Positions 33,198-42,307 are shown, counted from the first letter of the stretch. The stretch is 52,464 bases of DNA from Parcubacteria group bacterium (GCA_041662285.1 JBAZSS010000004.1:1-52464); one strand, 5' to 3'. Numbers and translations are program-made. The notes: generated from the letters alone by a model not told the origin.

Positions 33198-33199
33198 TC

Positions 33200-34228
33200 C
33201 TATAATCGAATCTTCCCCTCCCTTATCTTCTCCTCATCCCTCACCAATCTCGCTACTTCTCTTTCACTAATCACATAGTCCAAATTCTTATCTTTCTTTG
33301 CTTTTTCATAAACTCTTGAAGAAATGAAAAATATTACAATGTCTTGCTGATTTATTTTTTTGGTTCTAGAGTATTCATCTTTAATCTTTTTCACAAATTC
33401 AATTTTCAAATTTTCTTTTCCTAATTTTACAATTTTCTCAAAACCTAAATTAATTAGCAATTTATTCAAATCTTTCTCTGGGCTTATTTTTCCCATCACC
33501 TTTAATATTTTTTCTTCTATCCCAAGATCCAAAACTGCCACGGAAAATTTTTCGAGATTATCCAGATCTTCCACAATTTTTTGATAATTATTTTGATCAG
33601 TGAGCGCTCCCGTTGGACAAGCCTCTGCACATTTTCCGCAAAAACTGCAATCTAAAACTTTTTCATAGGGCGTTCCAACTACCACAGAATTACCACGATA
33701 GTTAAAGCCAAATTTTTTCTCTGGACAAACATTGATGCATCTTCGACATTCAATGCAAAGCTCGCTGTTTCTGGATATGCAAGGATTTTCATTTTCCACC
33801 ACTACACGCGACCAATTATCTTTGATTAAATCCAATTCTTCTGCGCCTGTTATCTCACCCTTTCTCGGAATAAAATGAAAATTTTCAATCTTATATTCCA
33901 ACGCCAAATTTTGCAATTCACACATTTGATTTTTTTTGCAAGTTGCGCATTTTCCAGCGTGATCCGCCCACAGCAGTTCCAAATTAATCCGCCGTGTTTT
34001 TTCTATTTTTTCGTTTTCAGTGATTATTTCCATTCCTTCGCAAACTTTTGTATTACAAGAAGTCACCAATCTTCCACCTATCTCAACAACACAAATTCGA
34101 CAAACTCCTTCTTGAAATTTTTTCGTCGAACACAAAGTCGGAACTTTTATCCCATTTTTTTTGCAAACCGCAAATATTGCTTCGCCTGATTTTGCCTCGT
34201 ATTTTTCCCCGTTGATTTTTATTTGCAT
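33200..34228 (-). CDS. HydA/HndD-like polyferredoxin lacking the H-cluster domain (2Fe-2S, a His-ligated 4Fe-4S and two 4Fe-4S motifs)
   Basis: 342-aa ORF. CSTKKF..CRIC...C 2Fe-2S, HAGKCATCKKNQMCELQ, CIECRRCINVCP and CSFCGKCAEACPTGAL. The tail shows only remnant similarity to the start of the [FeFe]-hydrogenase catalytic domain. Confidence 0.7.
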   Translation of the reverse strand: MQIKINGEKYEAKSGEAIFAVCKKNGIKVPTLCSTKKFQEGVCRICVVEIGGRLVTSCNTKVCEGMEIITENEKIEKTRRINLELLWADHAGKCATCKKNQMCELQNLALEYKIENFHFIPRKGEITGAEELDLIKDNWSRVVVENENPCISRNSELCIECRRCINVCPEKKFGFNYRGNSVVVGTPYEKVLDCSFCGKCAEACPTGALTDQNNYQKIVEDLDNLEKFSVAVLDLGIEEKILKVMGKISPEKDLNKLLINLGFEKIVKLGKENLKIEFVKKIKDEYSRTKKINQQDIVIFFISSRVYEKAKKDKNLDYVISEREVARLVRDEEKIREGKIRL

Positions 34229-34383
34229 ATTTTTCTCTTTTACTTAAATATTGTATTTTTATTTTTTTAAAAATTCTTGTTTGAAAAGTTTAATTTTATC
34301 TAAAAATTTCCATTTCAGCCGTTGATTGAGGGAAATTTTTAGTTATAAAATTAGACTTTGAGTTAATTTTTTAAAAAATAAAA

Positions 34384-35604
34384 TTACAATATTTTCAACT
34401 TTTCCACTACATCCCGAAACGCCGTCCCAGCGAATTTTCCCAATGGGCAAAAAGTCGTGTTGTCCAGTGTCCATAAAATATCTTGAATCGCTTCTTTGTC
34501 GCGAGCAGAAATTTCACCATCACGAAATCTTTTGGCAATTTCCCAAAGCCGAAAAGTCCCCTCTCGACACGGTACGCATTTTCCACAAGATTCTCGCCGA
34601 AAAAAATCCGTCCAAGAAATTAGCAAATCATAAATGTTAACACCTTTATCCACCACCAAAATTGATCCGGAGCCAAGTGGACATTCGCATTCCTTGCCAA
34701 ATTCCATTTTAGCTTTTAATTCTTTTTCTAGTAGAAGTTTTCCACAAGCGCCACCGATTTGGACAAACCAAAATTCTTTGCCTCTTTTTATTCCACCAGC
34801 ATATTCATCAATTAACTTTTTAACAGTTATTCCCGTTGGTGCTTCATAAGTCCCTGGTTTTTCCACAGCGCCGTTTAGCAAAAATATTTTTGTCCCCGGA
34901 GAATTTTTTGAGCCAATGGCCGAATATTTCTTTCCGCCATTGGAAATTATCCACGGAATGTTAGCTATTGTTTCCGCATTATCCACCACTGTCGGCTTGC
35001 CAAAAAGTCCCATCTCAGTTGGGAATGGTGGACGAATTTTTGGCTCTCCGCGATTGCCCTCAATGGAATTGATGAGTGCCGTCTCTTCTCCGCAAATATA
35101 TGCACCAGCGCCAGAAAAAATTTCTATTTCCAAATTGTAAGCTGAGCCTAGAATATTTTCTCCCCAATATTTTTTTTCTCGTGACTGCGCCAAAGCTTTT
35201 TCCAAAATTTCTTTTTGCTTTTCATAATTCCCATTGATGTAGATATAGGCTTTTTGAGCACCCACAATAAGCGCGGAAATTATTATGCCTTCCAAAAGAA
35301 GATGCGGATTATTATCCACTATCAATCTATCTTTGTACGTCCCTGGTTCTGATTCTTCCAGATTGCAAATGAAATACTTTTTTTCTTTTTGATTAGCTAC
35401 CATTCCTAATTTATCCCCCGTTGAAAAGCCCGCGCCCCCGCGCCCGCGAAGTCCAGAATTTTTAATCTCTTCAATTGCCTTTTCTGGATTCATTTTAAAA
35501 ACAAATTTTTCCAAGGCCGTGTATCCTCCAGCATTAATATAGTCCTCTATTTTCAAAGGATTTATTTTGCCCCAGTGTTCAGTTATGATTTTTATATCTT
35601 TCAC
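34384..35604 (-). CDS. NuoF/HydB/HoxF-like NAD(P)H-binding flavoprotein subunit
   Basis: 406-aa ORF (GTG start). GRGGAGFSTGDK FMN/NADH motifs and a C-terminal ESCGKCVPCREG 4Fe-4S motif. Confidence 0.9.
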   Translation of the reverse strand: MKDIKIITEHWGKINPLKIEDYINAGGYTALEKFVFKMNPEKAIEEIKNSGLRGRGGAGFSTGDKLGMVANQKEKKYFICNLEESEPGTYKDRLIVDNNPHLLLEGIIISALIVGAQKAYIYINGNYEKQKEILEKALAQSREKKYWGENILGSAYNLEIEIFSGAGAYICGEETALINSIEGNRGEPKIRPPFPTEMGLFGKPTVVDNAETIANIPWIISNGGKKYSAIGSKNSPGTKIFLLNGAVEKPGTYEAPTGITVKKLIDEYAGGIKRGKEFWFVQIGGACGKLLLEKELKAKMEFGKECECPLGSGSILVVDKGVNIYDLLISWTDFFRRESCGKCVPCREGTFRLWEIAKRFRDGEISARDKEAIQDILWTLDNTTFCPLGKFAGTAFRDVVEKLKIL

Positions 35605-35610
35605 AAAATT

Positions 35611-36060
35611 TTACAAATATTCTTCTAAAATGCTATGCAATGAACTCTTTGTCACTCGCTCATAAATTTTTCCATTTACCACCATCACCGGACCGTCAGC
35701 GCAACGACCAAGACAGCTAATTTCCTCCAATTTAAATTTCAAACTGACAGATCTTCCCGATTTTATTTTCAACAAATTTTCAACCTCAGAAATTATTGAA
35801 AAAGAATTATTCACTGTACAATTAGCTGAATTGCAAATTTGAACTAAAATATCCGGCTGTTTTTCAGTTTTAATTTCATCATAAAAACTGGCAGTTTCAA
35901 AAATCTTACTTTCGGAAACGCCAAAATATTCCGCCATTATTTTAGCGTCTTCTTCGCTCACATAACCAAAAACGGCGCTAATTTTTTTCAGCGCCGGTAA
36001 AATATTCTTAGCCTCAGGTTCAAACTCTAAAATTATATTCTGTATTGTTTTCTTAATCAT
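35611..36060 (-). CDS. NuoE/HydC/HoxE-like thioredoxin-fold 2Fe-2S subunit
   Basis: 149-aa ORF. Cys pattern C..NC...ISCLGRCADGP is typical of NuoE-type 2Fe-2S proteins. Confidence 0.8.
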   Translation of the reverse strand: MIKKTIQNIILEFEPEAKNILPALKKISAVFGYVSEEDAKIMAEYFGVSESKIFETASFYDEIKTEKQPDILVQICNSANCTVNNSFSIISEVENLLKIKSGRSVSLKFKLEEISCLGRCADGPVMVVNGKIYERVTKSSLHSILEEYL

Positions 36061-36097
36061 TCGTGAAAATTGGTGTTATATTAGTGTAAATTAGTGA

Positions 36098-36958
36098 TTA
36101 GGCCTTACCCTCACTTCCGAAATATTTTATCTTTTGTTTCACTGTTTCCTTGACTGATTCTCTGGCTGCTTCTAAAATCTTTCTGACATCAAAATTAGTA
36201 CTTCCTCCCTTTAGGGAATTGATTAGGCTACTAACAAATGCCACGCGAATTGCAGTATCAACATTAAAACAAGATATGCCGTTTTTAATAGCTTCGACAA
36301 CTTTTCCATTTTCCCAATCCGACGCACCATGCAAGATCAGCGGGATATTACAAAGCTCATTTATTTTTTTCAATCTTTCAAAATCTGGAGTTGGTCTTTC
36401 CTTGAGAAAGCCATGCGAATTGCCAATGGCTACTGCCAATGCATCTACTCCGGTACTTTTTACGAATTCAGCCGCTTTTTGTGGATCAGTCATAAAATCG
36501 TCCCAATTGATTTCTCCTCCTTCAGTTTCTCCAATATAGAGAACACTACCTAATTCTCCTTGAACATCTACGCCTTTTCCATGACAAGAATCTACCACCT
36601 TTTTCGTGTTTCTTATATTATCTTCAAATTTTGCTCTTGAGCCATCATACATCACCGAACCAAAACCAATTTCCGTGCAACGCTCGGTAGCTTCAAAACT
36701 TTTTCCGTGATCTAAATGAATCCCTACGGGAATTTCCGGCGCATAAAACTCTACATCATTTTTCACGATATTATAAATCATCCGCCCTCCGGCATATTCC
36801 ATCGTCCTCTCTGTGATTTGAATGATCACCGGTGAACGCATTTCCTTGGCGGCATCCACAATCGCTCGGGTAGTTTCTAAATTAACCGTATTAAATGCTC
36901 CCACGGCATATCCCCCTTCTCTGGCTTTGGTTAGAATTTCTTTGACTGATGTAATCAT
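36098..36958 (-). CDS. fba: class II fructose/ketose-bisphosphate aldolase
   Basis: 286-aa ORF. GYAVGAFN, IHLDHG, GELG and LHGASD motifs. Confidence 0.85.
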   Translation of the reverse strand: MITSVKEILTKAREGGYAVGAFNTVNLETTRAIVDAAKEMRSPVIIQITERTMEYAGGRMIYNIVKNDVEFYAPEIPVGIHLDHGKSFEATERCTEIGFGSVMYDGSRAKFEDNIRNTKKVVDSCHGKGVDVQGELGSVLYIGETEGGEINWDDFMTDPQKAAEFVKSTGVDALAVAIGNSHGFLKERPTPDFERLKKINELCNIPLILHGASDWENGKVVEAIKNGISCFNVDTAIRVAFVSSLINSLKGGSTNFDVRKILEAARESVKETVKQKIKYFGSEGKA

Positions 36959-36965
36959 ATAACTT

Positions 36966-37032
36966 CACAAAATTACACAGAAATTTTCAGAATGACACAG
37001 AATTTTCTGTGTTGTTCTGTATTTATTCTGCG
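36966..37032. repeat. F2 (ACAGAA-word) hairpin repeat, tpiA-fba spacer
   Basis: CACAAAATTACACAGAAATTTTCAGAATGACACAGAA-TT-TTCTGTGTTGTTCTGTATTTATTCTGCG. Confidence 0.85.
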
Positions 37033-37797
37033 TTATTCCGTTATTAATTTAGCTATCTTAACAAACTCATGTGGCACCAGACTTTCCCTACCAATCAAGA
37101 CTCCATCCATTCCCGGATCCAAACAAACTTCTTTGACGATATTTGCCGAAACTGAACCGCCATAAATTATCTTCACTTTTTCGGCAAACTTGACTCCATA
37201 TTTTCCTACCAAAAATTTTCTAATCAAAAGCTTAGCGCTCATTATTTCATTAGCCGAAGGCAAATGATCTGGATTGTTCGAGCTTATCGCCCACACTGGC
37301 TCATAGCAGATAACCACATTTTCAATTTTTCCTCGACTAATATCCGCTAGACAATTTTCCAACTGTTGCAAAACAACTCTTGATCCTTCTTTTTTTTGTT
37401 CTCCATCTTCTCCCACACAAAGGACTGGCTTCAGGCCATTTTTGAGAGCTGAAATAACTTTTAGATTTACTTCTTCGTCCCGTTCGCAAAAATACCTTCT
37501 TCTTTCGCTGTGCCCTAATATTACATAAGCACAGCCAAAATTTTTGAGCATTGTTGGCGAAATTTCTCCGGTATAAGAACCCTTTTCTTCCCAGAACATA
37601 TTTTGCGCTCCGAGAATTATTTTTTTTATCTTAGCTTTTTGGAATCCCGGCAAATGAATGGTAGGCGGACAAAGAATGAGTTCGCAATTATTTATCTTTT
37701 TGCCAGTCAATTCTTTTTTGAATAAACTCAAATATTGCTCCTGCTGGGCAGGAGACAAAATATTCATCTTTAAATTTCCTATAATTAGCTTGCTCAT
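37033..37797 (-). CDS. tpiA: triosephosphate isomerase
   Basis: 254-aa ORF. GNLKMN, ILGHSERR, YEPVWAI and YGGSV motifs. Confidence 0.9.
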   Translation of the reverse strand: MSKLIIGNLKMNILSPAQQEQYLSLFKKELTGKKINNCELILCPPTIHLPGFQKAKIKKIILGAQNMFWEEKGSYTGEISPTMLKNFGCAYVILGHSERRRYFCERDEEVNLKVISALKNGLKPVLCVGEDGEQKKEGSRVVLQQLENCLADISRGKIENVVICYEPVWAISSNNPDHLPSANEIMSAKLLIRKFLVGKYGVKFAEKVKIIYGGSVSANIVKEVCLDPGMDGVLIGRESLVPHEFVKIAKLITE

Positions 37798-37800
37798 ATT

Positions 37801-38433
37801 TTATAATTGTTTCTTTTTTAGTTTACTTTTGATTAGTTTGAATATTCCTGGGAAAACTGAAATTGCAATTATTCCCATAATGACTATGGAAAAATTATCT
37901 CTTATTATTGGAATATTCCCGAAAAAATATCCTGCAAAAACAAAAAGTCCTACCCAAGTAAAACCACCAAGAATGCTATAGGAAATAAATTTGCGATAAT
38001 GCATTTTTCCAATCCCTGCTACAAATGGTGCAAAAGTTCTTATAATTGGCATAAAACGAGCTAGAAAAATAGTTTTTCCGCCGTGGCGACTATAGAATTC
38101 TTGAGTGCTATCTATGTGCTTTTGATTGACTGGTACATATTTATTATTCACTATTTTTTGTCCAAAATAATAACCTATCCAGTAGTTTATATTATCTCCC
38201 AAAAAAGCAGCCGTCCAAAGAAGCAGCGCCAAAAAAATAACATTGAACGAACCGGTCGCAGAAAACATCCCAGCAGCAAAAAGCAATGAATCTCCGGGAA
38301 GAAACGGCGTAAAAACAAATCCGGTTTCTGCAAAAATAATTAGAAATAAAATGGCATAAGTCATTCTGCCATAATTGGCGATAATTTCTCCTAAATGAAC
38401 ATCAATATTGAGTATAAAATCTATAATTAGCAT
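37801..38433 (-). CDS. DedA-family membrane protein
   Basis: 210-aa polytopic ORF. FLPGDSLLFAAG and ARFMPIIRTFAPFVAG motifs. Confidence 0.8.
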   Translation of the reverse strand: MLIIDFILNIDVHLGEIIANYGRMTYAILFLIIFAETGFVFTPFLPGDSLLFAAGMFSATGSFNVIFLALLLWTAAFLGDNINYWIGYYFGQKIVNNKYVPVNQKHIDSTQEFYSRHGGKTIFLARFMPIIRTFAPFVAGIGKMHYRKFISYSILGGFTWVGLFVFAGYFFGNIPIIRDNFSIVIMGIIAISVFPGIFKLIKSKLKKKQL

Positions 38434-38451
38434 AAAAGTAATTCTGATTTA

Positions 38452-39462
38452 TTAATTTTTTAAATACTGCGCTGCGTCTTCTGGACTAATTGTAATTATC
38501 TCCACTCCCGTTGAAATTTCAAACCCCGCCCAGATATTTGTTTTTGGCAAAATCTCAATGTGCCAATGGAAATGCGGATAATCTTTTCCATCGCACGGCG
38601 AAGTGTGGATATAGAAATTAAAATCAGGGTTGTTGAGTTTTTCACTCAGTCTCTTGATTGCCTCATGAAGGGCAACCCCAGCCGAAATTTTTTCTGTCTG
38701 TGTTATTCTTTCAAAGTATGGTTTGTGTTTTTTGGGAATGAGCCACATTTCAAAATTAGCCCGCGAGGCAAAAGGACAAAACAGCAAAAAATCATCGTTT
38801 TCAAAAACTATTCTTTTTTTCTGTTCCATTTCCCATTCGACCATTGCGCAATAAACGCAGTGTTTATTTTGTTTGTGATATTCTTCGGCGCCATCCAATT
38901 CACTTTTGACATACGGTGAGATCACAGGAATAGCCATGAGTTGAGAATGCGGATGAGGAATTGATGCGCCAGCTGATACACCGTGATTGTGAAAAATATC
39001 AATATAGCTCACAGATTTCTTATTCATCAAATCAATATATCGAGACTGATAGGCATCCAAAATTTCTGCCACCAAAAGAGGTTCCATTTTGCCAATGTGA
39101 TTCCAATGATCACGAGTCACAATCACTTCATGATACCCGACGCTATCCATCCAAAAATATGGCCCTTCTTCCTTGTGTTTCATTTGTCCGCCACTCGGCC
39201 GAGAAAAAGCTGGAAATTTATTGGGAAAAACTCGCAGACTCCAATCACCATCTGTCGTGTTATAGATCAGAACATCTTTTTCTTGCCCAGATTTTTCCGG
39301 ATCGCAAAACAAACATTCACTAGGATTATCCTGCGTTAAATCTTGTTCTTTTTTAGCAAACTCATCCGGACGACGCGCGCGAATTTTGGAAACTACCACC
39401 CAATCCCCCGTCACCAAATCCTGCCTAAGTTCACTATTTTTATTTTTATCCTCCTTGTTCAC
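38452..39462 (-). CDS. galT: galactose-1-phosphate uridylyltransferase (HIT superfamily)
   Basis: 336-aa ORF. Zinc motif CLFC and active-site HPHSQ, plus a second half-site HFHWH. Confidence 0.8.
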   Translation of the reverse strand: MNKEDKNKNSELRQDLVTGDWVVVSKIRARRPDEFAKKEQDLTQDNPSECLFCDPEKSGQEKDVLIYNTTDGDWSLRVFPNKFPAFSRPSGGQMKHKEEGPYFWMDSVGYHEVIVTRDHWNHIGKMEPLLVAEILDAYQSRYIDLMNKKSVSYIDIFHNHGVSAGASIPHPHSQLMAIPVISPYVKSELDGAEEYHKQNKHCVYCAMVEWEMEQKKRIVFENDDFLLFCPFASRANFEMWLIPKKHKPYFERITQTEKISAGVALHEAIKRLSEKLNNPDFNFYIHTSPCDGKDYPHFHWHIEILPKTNIWAGFEISTGVEIITISPEDAAQYLKN

Positions 39463-39481
39463 TTTGTTTTAAATTTTTATT

Positions 39482-40249
39482 TTATTTTTCAATTTCACTC
39501 ATCTTTTTTTTGAGTTGGTATACTCCTCGCACATTATTCCACCAAACTTTGAATAATTCTCGAAGCGTGATGAAATATCCTTTCATTCCAACCAAGCTGT
39601 ATCCCATATCCAACCAAACTACTGGCACTTCAGAAATCCGATATCCAAGTTTTTTCGCAATCATCAAAATTTCAAAATCGATTCCCCAGCGATCCACTTT
39701 CGTACGAGGAAAAACTTCTTTCACCACTTCTTCACTAAAAGCCTTGAATCCGCATTGCGTATCATAAATCCCACGAAGACCCAGCATAACTTGAATCAAA
39801 ATATTCCCCGCATTTCCTAGCCACTCTTTCCATTTCGGCTGATGTTTTTCGATGTTAGAAGTTTTTAGATCGCGAGATCCAATCACCACATCAGCTTTTT
39901 TGAATTCTGGAATAAACTTGTCTAAATTATCAATCGGTGTAGCACCATCCATATCAGTCCAAAGTCGCCACTCACCCCGTGCCGCAACAAATCCTTCACG
40001 AATGCTATATCCCTTACCTTTGTTTTCTTTTCGATCTATTACCCAAAAATTTGGTTTGTCTTTTATTTTTTCTTTGACAATTTCCGGAGTGTTATCCGTC
40101 GGACCGTCGAGCACAATCACCACTTCATAAGTTTCGTCTATTCTTTCAAAATAGTCCCTGATGGATTTCAAATGTGCTCCCATTTCTTTTTCTTTTGGCG
40201 CTTCGTTATAAGTTGGGATGATCACTGATATGAAGGGTTTTTGTTCCAT
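39482..40249 (-). CDS. family 2 glycosyltransferase (dolichyl/polyprenyl-phosphate glycosyltransferase-like)
   Basis: 255-aa ORF. ISVIIPTYNE, VIVLDGPTDNT and DMDG motifs. Confidence 0.8.
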   Translation of the reverse strand: MEQKPFISVIIPTYNEAPKEKEMGAHLKSIRDYFERIDETYEVVIVLDGPTDNTPEIVKEKIKDKPNFWVIDRKENKGKGYSIREGFVAARGEWRLWTDMDGATPIDNLDKFIPEFKKADVVIGSRDLKTSNIEKHQPKWKEWLGNAGNILIQVMLGLRGIYDTQCGFKAFSEEVVKEVFPRTKVDRWGIDFEILMIAKKLGYRISEVPVVWLDMGYSLVGMKGYFITLRELFKVWWNNVRGVYQLKKKMSEIEK

Positions 40250-40296
40250 TTCTTTCGAGGTTAATGATTATTTTATATTCATATTGTATCACAAAA

Positions 40297-40722
40297 TTAC
40301 TCTTTATCCAACCAGCTTTGCAAAATTATCTTAGCTGATTCGCTGTCATCAAATTTGCCCACATTTTTCATTCCTTTTTCCACCAAATTTGCCTGCGCTA
40401 TTTTCGTGGAAAACATTTCATTATGGTATTCAATTGAAATCTCCGGCAAAACTCTCAAAATATCTGTCTTTAGTTTTTCTATCTCAATATTTTCTGAATT
40501 GACATAAGTGGGAATCCCAATTATAATTTTCCCAACGCTTTCTTTTTCGATTATTTTGACTAGATTATCCAGAAAATTTTTGTCATTTGGAAGTGTAGTA
40601 TAAACGAAAGCAATTCTGGTCTCCGAGTCCGCCAACGCCAAACCGACCTTAGATTTCCCATAGTCGATGCCGAGGATATGGCTTATTTGAGGGATATTAG
40701 GTTTTTGCGCTTGACAATTCAT
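40297..40722 (-). CDS. ruvX: YqgF/RuvX-family putative pre-16S rRNA nuclease / Holliday junction resolvase-like protein
   Basis: 141-aa ORF. ILGIDYGKSKVGLALAD motif and a C-terminal DESESAKIILQSWL. Confidence 0.8.
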   Translation of the reverse strand: MNCQAQKPNIPQISHILGIDYGKSKVGLALADSETRIAFVYTTLPNDKNFLDNLVKIIEKESVGKIIIGIPTYVNSENIEIEKLKTDILRVLPEISIEYHNEMFSTKIAQANLVEKGMKNVGKFDDSESAKIILQSWLDKE

Positions 40723-40842
40723 TGTTTTAGAGTTATAATTAAAAGTTAGTAATTAAATTAGTTCTTACCACTCACTGGTCGCTAGAAACTTAGTGACCAA
40801 AAATATAAATTCATTTAAACCCTACACTATTAGGAGAGAAAA

Positions 40843-41181
40843 ATGAACGAAAAAAGTCTCAAGAAAATGGCTACCGTCGGTCAGTTAATTATTCTGGCCA
40901 CTGTTATCGTTTTTCTGTGTCATCTTCACGACACAGGACTTCGTTTTCTTTTTAACAATGGCATCGATTTTTATCGTCTGTATGATGCCAAAAAATTCTT
41001 TTCGCTGATGGCCTTTGTTCTGGTGGGGTCGACCATCGGCGCTGGGATTTATTTCTCCGCCCGCCAAAAAATCGAGGATTTGGAGTCTCGGAAGTTCAAT
41101 CACTTGCTCCAGAATTTTGTAAGTGAAAAACCGAGACCCAATCGAAGAAACCGAAGGAAAGGTAATCCGCTCTTTGCTTAA
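40843..41181 (+). CDS. hypothetical two-TM membrane protein with a basic C-terminus
   Basis: 112-aa ORF preceded by AGGAG 6 nt upstream and followed by a strong intrinsic terminator. The antisense ORF 40885..41235 is rejected. Confidence 0.55.
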   Translation: MNEKSLKKMATVGQLIILATVIVFLCHLHDTGLRFLFNNGIDFYRLYDAKKFFSLMAFVLVGSTIGAGIYFSARQKIEDLESRKFNHLLQNFVSEKPRPNRRNRRKGNPLFA

Positions 41182-41204
41182 GAGCGACCAAGCCTTTCCT
41201 GCCC

Positions 41205-41247
41205 CGGAGTGTACGTCTAGCGTCTTAGACCACACTCCGTTTTTTTT
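41205..41247 (+). terminator. intrinsic terminator of ORF 40843..41181
   Basis: CGGAGTGT-ACGTCTAGCGTCTTAGACC-ACACTCCG followed by T8. Confidence 0.85.
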
Positions 41248-41271
41248 ATTTCAAAAAACTTCTTTTATTAT

Positions 41272-41340
41272 TCCCTCTCTCCCTCTGGGAGACCTGCCTG
41301 CCGGTAGGCAGGGATGTCGCGTACTCGCGACAGAGAGGGA
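41272..41340. repeat. cluster of three GC-rich mini-hairpins enclosed by a 9-bp outer stem
   Basis: TCCCTCTCT / CTCCC-TCT-GGGAG / CCTGCCTGCCGGTAGGCAGG / TGTCGCG-TACT-CGCGACA / AGAGAGGGA. Confidence 0.7.
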
Positions 41341-41390
41341 ACGAACTTGCAAAAATTATTCAATAATTTTATTTTATTCTTTTTATTTAA

Positions 41391-41446
41391 CCTCTTCCCT
41401 CTCCCGACGATGAGTACATCGTCGACCTCTCCCTAAGGGAGAGGTG
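41391..41446. repeat. second GC-rich hairpin cluster immediately 3' of map
   Basis: CGACGATG-AGTA-CATCGTCG, then CCTCTCCC-TAA-GGGAGAGG (related to the uvrC palindromes). Confidence 0.7.
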
Positions 41447-41457
41447 GAAAAAATAAA

Positions 41458-42216
41458 CTACCTTGTCAAAATCTCACACCCACCTTTTTTCACTAAAACC
41501 GTATCTTCGAAATGCGCAGAAAGTTTTTCGTCATCCGTCAGATATGTCCAGCCGTCGCTTCCTAATTTTATTTTATGCGTTCCGACATTTATCATTGGCT
41601 CAAGTGCCAGTGTCATACCTTCTTTCAAAATTATATCCTTGGCACTCCAGTGATAGTTGGGCACAATTGGATCTTCATGCAAAATTTTTCCCACGCCGTG
41701 TCCGACAAGATCGCGAATAACTGAAAATCCGTATGAGCGGGCATAACTTTCCACTGCAATAGAATATTCACTCAGTTTTGCCCCCGCCTTAATTTTGGCA
41801 ATTCCTTGATTCAATGCTTCTCTGGTCACATTCAAAATTTTGTGCGCCTCGGGACTCATCGCGCCAACTGAAAAAGTCCGCGCCATATCAGTGATCATCC
41901 CTTCAAATTCCATTCCGATATCAATTTTCACCAAATCCCCCTCTTTTATTATTTTTTCCACACTTGGAATAGCGTGCACAATTTCATTGTTAATCGAAGC
42001 GCAGATTGTGGCGGGATAGGGATTAGTTTTGTCACCATAACCTTTGAAAGCCGGTGTTCCTCCATTATCAAAAACAAGCCTTTCGGCCAGCTTGTCTAAC
42101 TCCTGTGTATTTACGCCCGAAGCAATCATTTTTCCAATTTCACTCATAATCATCGCCAGTATTTTTCCTCCCCGACGCATCGATGCTATTTCATTTTCGT
42201 TTTTTATCACTATCAT
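41458..42216 (-). CDS. map: type I methionine aminopeptidase
   Basis: 252-aa ORF. Metal-ligand context VHAIPS, DIGMEFEG, GHGVG and EPMI. Confidence 0.9.
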   Translation of the reverse strand: MIVIKNENEIASMRRGGKILAMIMSEIGKMIASGVNTQELDKLAERLVFDNGGTPAFKGYGDKTNPYPATICASINNEIVHAIPSVEKIIKEGDLVKIDIGMEFEGMITDMARTFSVGAMSPEAHKILNVTREALNQGIAKIKAGAKLSEYSIAVESYARSYGFSVIRDLVGHGVGKILHEDPIVPNYHWSAKDIILKEGMTLALEPMINVGTHKIKLGSDGWTYLTDDEKLSAHFEDTVLVKKGGCEILTR

Positions 42217-42222
42217 AGAGTT

Positions 42223-42307
42223 CTTTACTAATTACTAATCAAATACTAATATACTAATTTATAAAAAATTATTAGTATATTCGTACAAAATTCGTAATTC
42301 GTAAAAA
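42223..42307. repeat. F1 hairpin repeat (ACTAAT/ATTCGTA variant), adk-map spacer
   Basis: CTTTACTAATTACTAATCAAATACTAATATACTAAT ... ATTAGTATATTCGTACAAAATTCGTAATTCGTAAAAA. Confidence 0.75.

Noticed and set aside
41272-41340. A cloverleaf-like four-way fold of ~69 nt that superficially resembles a tRNA
   Set aside because: - The loops are only 3-4 nt.
- It has no T-loop (GTTCRANYC), no 7-nt anticodon loop and no D-loop features.
- The arms are copies of dispersed palindromic repeats.
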